Shown in pieces: positions 50,701 to 55,033 of a stretch of DNA of 55,033 bases. The DNA comes from Candidatus Saccharimonadales bacterium. Its GTDB lineage: Bacteria > Patescibacteriota > Saccharimonadia > Saccharimonadales > JACDBH01. Below the pieces are notes generated by a model, which saw only the letters and a list, made by a program, of their open reading frames with translations, was not told where the DNA came from and did not search any database. Where the stretch lies: the NCBI GenBank assembly GCA_049292975.1, contig JBATRZ010000062.1:1-55033 (forward strand), read 5' to 3'. The translations under genes were made by a program, and so were the position numbers. Position 1 is the first letter of the stretch, and each line of letters begins with the position of its first letter.

Positions 50701-51242
50701 CGGTCATCGCAACCGTGAACGGTGTAGATTACATCGCTACTGTTAATCCTGACGGCACCTGGAGCGCCGATGTTACCACCCCGCTGGCTGTAGGCCCATA
50801 CACCGCTACTGCCCGCAGCACCGATGCTGCAGGCAATACCCAGACTCCTGCCCCAACCCGGGCTTTCGCGGTCTTAGCCGCCCCGCAGGTACTCGGTGCA
50901 AGTACCACTAACAACCCTGGTAGCAGTAGCGGCTCAAGTAATCCGGGCAATTCAAACGCAGGCGGCTCAACTGCCCGCACCTCTTCAACCGGTTCCGCTG
51001 ACAGCACCGGTGAAGGCAGTGTCCTGGCAGCAGAGACGCTCGCTCAGGCCGAAGATACATCTGCCGGTGATTCAAGCAGTGAATCAAGCTCTGCAGGCCA
51101 ATCTGACGATGAGGAAGCCCCCGCAGAGGACACATCCTGCCGTAAGCTCCTGGGCATCTGCTGGTACTGGTGGATCCCTGTCGTCCTAGTCGTACTGATC
51201 ATTATCTACCTGATCGGCCGCGGCCGCTCTGACGAAAATTAA
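47796..51242 (+). CDS. Large repeat-containing cell-surface protein with C-terminal membrane anchor
   Basis: N-terminal signal/TM segment. At least four Ig/FN3-like modules end in D(A/G)(A/G)GN(T/D/C)SA...TAPA(M/V)P, followed by a Ser-rich acidic stalk and the C-terminal TM helix WWIPVVLVVLIIIYLIG. An AGGAGG Shine-Dalgarno sequence lies 8 nt upstream. Confidence 0.75.
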   Translation: MKYRYYQKRRGSLRRALTSVSASLVLLVNSFSVAVPFLLVKGAAAAPAVVVHPSSLNGWSATTTTGGTVDFVADATAPSGDGALKLVTINDNDSRARLSTTAPAGTQVSAITEASYWSKVDSASNDAGSVSMYIGIDLDGDLGTTTDRTELVHEPYWQNSESPDPAPVVHGTWQQWDVDQGIFWSSATVGSFVAGAGGPPFYDLTDAPSTAVVHAIGVYIGSYNPAYTTYADAVTFNGTAYDFEPNPIPVCDTTISSFDTFNNGTVNGQQGWSSTGPFDQAIVSNTYGHDSFGCKSLRISNAVTSGSFGDQTFSYSVANEAGDTDAQNGGMSGGTRQNHYEAQFDITPTQGSQQTGLSMSVSPDRGDGARMSYLRFEDQADGIHVFFDDVTGTTPETISFDEYEIATLTRANPHNVKFVMDFYNGGSNDVVKIYIDGVLEHTGTSWENYFRYDTESNPTLVDESRTVDSLLFRVGGTAAPANAGKGFLVDNVTIATSTVLPAIPTNLSWTPDGGTAMASGGTTNVQKGTLSWQDTDPGVDHYKYYFWTNIPGYFEGQANAWSTEGSAYITQSPGGGSIWTDFYDKEGTYYFCVKAIDAGGNTSACSDTFSVTYDKTAPAMPVHQSPGDNAVINYNDFWFEWTDAAGATRYEVQYSQNPAVNGAGAFQNVQWTGDYQMIQPTDSRARSVGANGTWYWQVRAVDAAGNTSAWTTPWKVTIDADVPTVPTAVFTEDNSGDNVPDGGLTNSQFFTFTLGSSSDVTRYQLKYWNDIPGSPYKAGSEWNPNDLSGYSPVLGTYKDNFTQGDGVHYFAFSACDAAGNCSAYGAPFTVTYDGTAPAVPAHEAPADGAVRTTANQTSVEWSDVTDPSGVTYRYESSLSSATNPGGSFTSPAYVSGPLASSAIPTPGTPEGTYYWHVKAVDGAGNDSAWSTSWRIVVDNTAPVLTINPLGDSEDATPTITGTTNEPTLPVIATVNGVDYIATVNPDGTWSADVTTPLAVGPYTATARSTDAAGNTQTPAPTRAFAVLAAPQVLGASTTNNPGSSSGSSNPGNSNAGGSTARTSSTGSADSTGEGSVLAAETLAQAEDTSAGDSSSESSSAGQSDDEEAPAEDTSCRKLLGICWYWWIPVVLVVLIIIYLIGRGRSDEN

Positions 51243-51257
51243 ACAAAACAAACGTGT

Positions 51258-51287
51258 AAAATACCCCTCAGCCCGAGGGGTATTTTT
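51258..51287. terminator. Bidirectional terminator shared by the surface-protein gene and orn
   Basis: AAAATACCCCTC-AGCCC-GAGGGGTATTTT hairpin with flanking A and T tracts. Confidence 0.8.
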
Positions 51288-51843
51288 ATTTCTTTAAATA
51301 ATCTAAATAATACTGGAGTTCGGCAATGGACTCCTGGATATCGTCGTATGCCCGGTGACTGTTGGCTTTTTCGTACTCTACGCCGTACTTGCCTTGCATT
51401 AATATCTTTAGCGTGGTGACATCCAGCATGCGGTAGTGCAGGCGCAAATCCAGGGCCGGCCAGCAGGCGCGTATCATGGCCCGGTCTGAGTGTATCGAGT
51501 TACCGGCCAGGATAGCGGGCTCCGAGCCAAAGTGCTGCTCGGCAAAAGCAATCAGCTCCCTCTCTACCTCGCCCGCCGGCTTGCCTTGGTCGTTATTGTG
51601 CAAGAAATTATCGCGGTTCTCGGGGTGATCCTGCCAGAACGTGTTCAGCCGCATGCGCTCTACCACCAGCTCGGGCCTGTTCTTGACCCGGGCCTCATAC
51701 GATCCCAGCGTCCTAAAATCAAAATCCGTTACTTCTACCGAAACCTCTAATATAACGTCCTTACCATACTCGAAGCCGGTAAACTCCAGATCCATCCAAA
51801 GCAGCTTGGTAGGTAGTATTTTCTCTATTCCCATTGCATACAT
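51286..51843 (-). CDS. orn: Oligoribonuclease (DEDDh 3'-5' exonuclease)
   Basis: LLWMDLEFTG (ExoI), AGNSIHSDRAMI (ExoII), and a later H..YDDIQESI (ExoIII). Start is ATG 51843 or 51834. Confidence 0.8.
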   Translation of the reverse strand: MYAMGIEKILPTKLLWMDLEFTGFEYGKDVILEVSVEVTDFDFRTLGSYEARVKNRPELVVERMRLNTFWQDHPENRDNFLHNNDQGKPAGEVERELIAFAEQHFGSEPAILAGNSIHSDRAMIRACWPALDLRLHYRMLDVTTLKILMQGKYGVEYEKANSHRAYDDIQESIAELQYYLDYLKK

Positions 51844-51966
51844 TGTACAATATAGATATGAATACCGTAGGAAACCAAGCAAGTACCGTGATTAGATTCA
51901 CGGCTGAATCCTGCAGAGCATTTCAACCGTACCCTGTACGGGGAAGGTGTGGTGGTTTCTAACGGG

Positions 51967-52758
51967 ATGAAGAAACTCCTATTTGTGCTTGGCATCCTCT
52001 TTCTATTGGCCGCCCTGGTTTTTGGCGGCCTGAAGTTCTACGACGTGTTCTTTACCGAAGAACCAGAGGACATGAGCGCTGCTAACCAGAATGCCAAAGA
52101 AAAGCAGGAAGAGCAGCAGCCCGTCCAAGAGAACCAGCCGGTTTTCGGCAAGTCCAAGCATTCGCTCGATGACCCGGCCAGCATTTGGGTGGTGGTCAAC
52201 AAAACCCGGCCGCTCAACCCCAAGAATTACGTGCCGGCCGACCGCGTTTTTCCTAGCGTAACCCTGCGCGTACCGGGCAACGAATCGATGCAGATCCGCG
52301 CCGATATCTCACACGCCGTCAAAGCATTATTCGACGGTGCCAAGGCTGCCGGACATAGCCTGAAGTTCTCAAGCGGCTACCGGTCTTATAGCTACCAGGT
52401 TAATTTGTATAGCGGCTACGTTAAGTCAATCGGTCAGGCCGAAGCCGACAAGCAATCTGCCCGCCCCGGCCATTCCGAGCACCAAACCGGCCTGTCACTA
52501 GACGTCTGCGATAACGCCGGCTGCGACCTCGTACAATCATTCGGACAGACTGCTATGGGCCAGTGGGTCGCCGCTCATGCCCATGAATACGGCTTTATCA
52601 TCCGTTATCCCGAAGGCAAGACAGCTATCACCGGGTACGAATACGAGCCGTGGCATTTGCGCTATGTCGGCACCGAGCTGGCCGGCGAAATGCGCGGAGC
52701 AAACATTCAGACACTAGAGGAATTCTTCGGCCTCCCCGCCGCCCCTGATTATCTATAA
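51967..52758 (+). CDS. D-alanyl-D-alanine carboxypeptidase, VanY/M15B family
   Basis: Signal anchor, then SGYRSY..Q, ARPGHSEHQTGLSLDV and EPWHLRYVG zinc-peptidase motifs. Confidence 0.85.
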   Translation: MKKLLFVLGILFLLAALVFGGLKFYDVFFTEEPEDMSAANQNAKEKQEEQQPVQENQPVFGKSKHSLDDPASIWVVVNKTRPLNPKNYVPADRVFPSVTLRVPGNESMQIRADISHAVKALFDGAKAAGHSLKFSSGYRSYSYQVNLYSGYVKSIGQAEADKQSARPGHSEHQTGLSLDVCDNAGCDLVQSFGQTAMGQWVAAHAHEYGFIIRYPEGKTAITGYEYEPWHLRYVGTELAGEMRGANIQTLEEFFGLPAAPDYL

Positions 52759-53180
52759 CTTTTGTTAGTTCTACGCTTTTTAAAGCGTGGATGTATATAA
52801 ACGATGTAGATGCAAAACAGAAAAGTTCCTGCGGCAAGCATGATTATAGTTATAAGCACCACAAACAAACTATTTCCCAGGGCATCAGATTCTATAGCAT
52901 CAAAACGAGGCCAGATTGAACTCACGAGTGGATAGAATAACAGAGCTGAAGAAAACGCTAAAAACTTTGCATACGAGTTCAAGCCATCTTTTTGATAGAG
53001 CCGTTTCCCTACCTTCCCTCCCGGAAAGCATACCCGTGCCAACCGGCCTAAGGTCTGTGCAGCTAAGAAGCTAGCGACAGAGATGAGCGTAAGGTATATA
53101 GCTAAGTAAATCAGCAACATCGTTACGTCGAACCACCACGGAAAATCCCATACAATCGCTTCTGCGAATATTTGCAGCAT
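52749..53180 (-). CDS. Small polytopic membrane protein (AT-rich)
   Basis: About four predicted TM helices. Start set at ATG 53180 because the upstream part of the track ORF runs through a repeat element and a terminator hairpin. Confidence 0.45.
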   Translation of the reverse strand: MLQIFAEAIVWDFPWWFDVTMLLIYLAIYLTLISVASFLAAQTLGRLARVCFPGGKVGKRLYQKDGLNSYAKFLAFSSALLFYPLVSSIWPRFDAIESDALGNSLFVVLITIIMLAAGTFLFCIYIVYIHPRFKKRRTNKSYR

Positions 53181-53202
53181 AATACCGATAATTATCGCAC
53201 AG

Positions 53203-53250
53203 AATTGAAGGAATTGAAGGGTCTGACCCTTAACAGATAGGGTTTTTGCG
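53203..53250. repeat. Direct repeat, copy 1 (GAATTGAAG words plus GGGTCTGACCC palindrome plus TAACAGATAG)
   Basis: 53208-53240 is identical over 33 nt to 54481-54513. The flanks are also similar, about 45 of 48 positions overall. Confidence 0.9.
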
Positions 53251-53260
53251 TTTTTTTGGG

Positions 53261-53282
53261 AAAAAAGGGTCCGACCCTTTTT
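53261..53282. terminator. Bidirectional terminator-like hairpin
   Basis: AAAAAAGGG-TCCGA-CCCTTTTT. Confidence 0.6.
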
Positions 53283-53658
53283 GTGCACAATACATAAGCT
53301 TTTCTTCCGATTTACCACATACCCCAGATATGCGCATAAAAAAGCAGTCGAGATCTTACGCTAATTGTTTTTAGGATAAACCCGAGCACAATTGCTGCTA
53401 ATGTTATAGAGCTAAGATGATTGCACTAGGTAACATACCTGAACCGAGCCAGCTCATATTAAGAACCGGTCTGGCTAAATTGTCTCACCTGTTTAGTATT
53501 TATCCCTCTTGATTAACGCCAAAGTTGCAAATAATGCGATAAATATTGCTGCCAAAGCCTGCATTAAACCCGTGAATATAAAAAGTTTCAGCGGTAATAC
53601 TAATATCACTATGCACAAACAAAGCACAAGCTTTGTTGAAATCCCAATCTGTTACATC

Positions 53659-54414
53659 TCATTTTATAAAGGTTATGCTCTTGAGTAATTGGATGGCCTG
53701 CAATACATCTGCCTGCTCAAAATACGACTCATCGTTGCCCGTCGGCATAACGCTAATATGTATTGGGTACTTATTCGGTGAATCATATATCTTCTCAAGT
53801 TCCTCGTCATGCTGATAATGATCAAAGCTGACTGTTTTCCCAGATACTTTATCGAATTTGCTTTCGATTACTTTGTCATTCATGAGTGTAATAATAAATT
53901 CTGGTTCAGCGCTACCTTCCGGTCTTGGGGAATACTTTGCCCATACTACGTACACACTTGAAACTGACCCGTCCTTAAGCGTTATATTTGAACTAATGAT
54001 TTCCTTTTTTAGTATTTCGTAAGTAGCACAAGTGTTCTGAGAAGAGTGAGGCTGTTGTCTCTCGTAGTCTTCCGTGCACCCGCTCCCCCTACCTCCGGCA
54101 TTAGTCCAGTATGCGACTATTTCTAACCCGCTGGGCGCTTTAAATATTTTGCCAAAATCAATAAAACCGCCCTTGGGTTCGTCATAATCTTTTTCTACCC
54201 AACCCGTTGGGAGATCTGCCCTGATACTCAACTTATTTGCAAGTGGCTTATTCTGATCCAGAGATTCGGATGTCAATTCTTGCGTATCAGTATCTGATTT
54301 AGTGCCTGTATTACTTCGGCTAAATATATACCACCCTGTTAGAGAGAGAATCCCGATAACCACCACTGCTATCATGACCTCCGGCACACTAAAACCATAC
54401 TTATCGCTCCGCAT
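53659..54414 (-). CDS. Type IV pilin-like protein (prepilin-type N-terminal cleavage/methylation signal)
   Basis: MRSDKYG/FSVPEVMIAVVVIGILSLTGWYIF has G-F at the cleavage site, Glu at +5 and a hydrophobic helix. The gene is AT-rich. Confidence 0.7.
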   Translation of the reverse strand: MRSDKYGFSVPEVMIAVVVIGILSLTGWYIFSRSNTGTKSDTDTQELTSESLDQNKPLANKLSIRADLPTGWVEKDYDEPKGGFIDFGKIFKAPSGLEIVAYWTNAGGRGSGCTEDYERQQPHSSQNTCATYEILKKEIISSNITLKDGSVSSVYVVWAKYSPRPEGSAEPEFIITLMNDKVIESKFDKVSGKTVSFDHYQHDEELEKIYDSPNKYPIHISVMPTGNDESYFEQADVLQAIQLLKSITFIK

Positions 54415-54420
54415 GGAATC

Positions 54421-54449
54421 ATTATAAGCATTAGGAATTTATACTGCAA
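54421..54449 (-). promoter_or_regulatory. Promoter of the pilin-like gene, implying a leaderless mRNA
   Basis: On the minus strand: TTGCAG, a 17-nt spacer, TATAAT, then only 6 nt (GATTCC) before the ATG at 54414. No Shine-Dalgarno sequence. Confidence 0.55.
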
Positions 54450-54475
54450 TGTAATTTAGATATAGAATTAAAGGG

Positions 54476-54523
54476 AATTAAAGGAATTGAAGGGTCTGAC
54501 CCTTAACAGATAGAGATTTTGCG
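54476..54523. repeat. Direct repeat, copy 2
   Basis: AAGGAATTGAAGGGTCTGACCCTTAACAGATAG is identical to copy 1, 1273 bp away in the same orientation. Confidence 0.9.
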
Positions 54524-54532
54524 AGTTTTACT

Positions 54533-55033
54533 TTATAGAGTGTTCCGGCCGTCGTCTACCGGAATCTTCGTGTAGGTGTTCACGATATTCTGGATACGTT
54601 CCGTTTGGGCTTCTACGGTCGTGCCCAGCTGTGACTTGGCCATGTAGTCCTGGGCTTCGTACAGCGGCATGATGCGGAAGTTCTTGCGGGCCAGTAGTTT
54701 TCCGGCGGCCTTCTCTTCGGCCGTCCACTCGTAGTGCTGGTAAAACGGCAGGCACGTAGAATCTACGAATTTTTTGGTTGGTATGTCATATGTAAAGGCC
54801 GCCACGCAACCGGTCAGGCCGGTAGTCTCCAGTTGGGCGTTCAGGAAGTTGCCAAGGCCGTACCAGACGATGGTCTCATTGCCGCCCTGCCCTGCCAAGC
54901 GCTTGACGGGCTGCAGCGTGTGCGTGCCATGCCCCAATATGATATCGGCGCCCAGGTCTGACAACTTTTGTGACTGGGCATCCTGCGCGGCGTTCAAAAC
55001 TTCGGAATATTCGGTACCCCAGCGCATACTGAC
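54533..55033 (-). CDS. CapA-family (metallophosphatase-like) protein, C-terminal part; N-terminus beyond window
   Basis: ...GADIILGHGTHTLQPV...WYGLGNFL is typical of CapA/PGA_cap family proteins. The ORF is open at the window end. Confidence 0.7.
   Translation of the reverse strand, partial: VSMRWGTEYSEVLNAAQDAQSQKLSDLGADIILGHGTHTLQPVKRLAGQGGNETIVWYGLGNFLNAQLETTGLTGCVAAFTYDIPTKKFVDSTCLPFYQHYEWTAEEKAAGKLLARKNFRIMPLYEAQDYMAKSQLGTTVEAQTERIQNIVNTYTKIPVDDGRNTL

Overview
The window is a gene-dense chromosomal segment of about 50-55% GC with roughly 56 CDS, mostly on the minus strand. It carries a reduced-genome housekeeping set: ychF (partial), tlyA, efp, rpsF-ssb-rpsR, ftsK, rnj, a family-4 UDG, pnp, rpsO, truB, rpsT, holA, mutM, polA, rpoD, dnaG and orn. 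Between these lie many small lineage-specific hypothetical proteins. Other genes include:
- a fused OtsA-OtsB
- an acyl-ACP desaturase
- a PAS histidine kinase with a receiver-only regulator
- a SipW-type signal peptidase next to a TasA-like protein
- a type IV pilin-like gene
- a 1148-aa repeat-rich surface protein
- two 'four helix bundle' genes of the 23S rRNA IVS-protein family

The gene content suggests a Patescibacteria/CPR genome, possibly Saccharibacteria-like; this is inference only. I recognised no rRNA, tRNA, CRISPR array, transposase, integrase or reverse transcriptase.

The most unusual signal is in the DNA architecture rather than in any gene cluster:
1. A perfect 21-nt palindrome sits in the same codon phase inside tlyA, mutM and dnaG.
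2. Larger imperfect palindromes, built from 7-nt-periodic tandem 'words', lie in frame in tlyA, truB, mutM and polA, across the UDG start codon, and in intergenic DNA.
3. Both low-GC four-helix-bundle genes are tightly bracketed by inverted repeats, and gene-less copies of the same repeats flank rpsF.
4. Several other dispersed structured repeats occur, including a roughly 48-bp direct repeat that brackets an AT-rich pilin cassette.
5. There is a 174-nt rod-like hairpin (a 6S-like ncRNA candidate), an orphan consensus promoter, and several promoters that abut start codons, implying leaderless mRNAs.

All family assignments come from motif recognition by eye. No searches were run.
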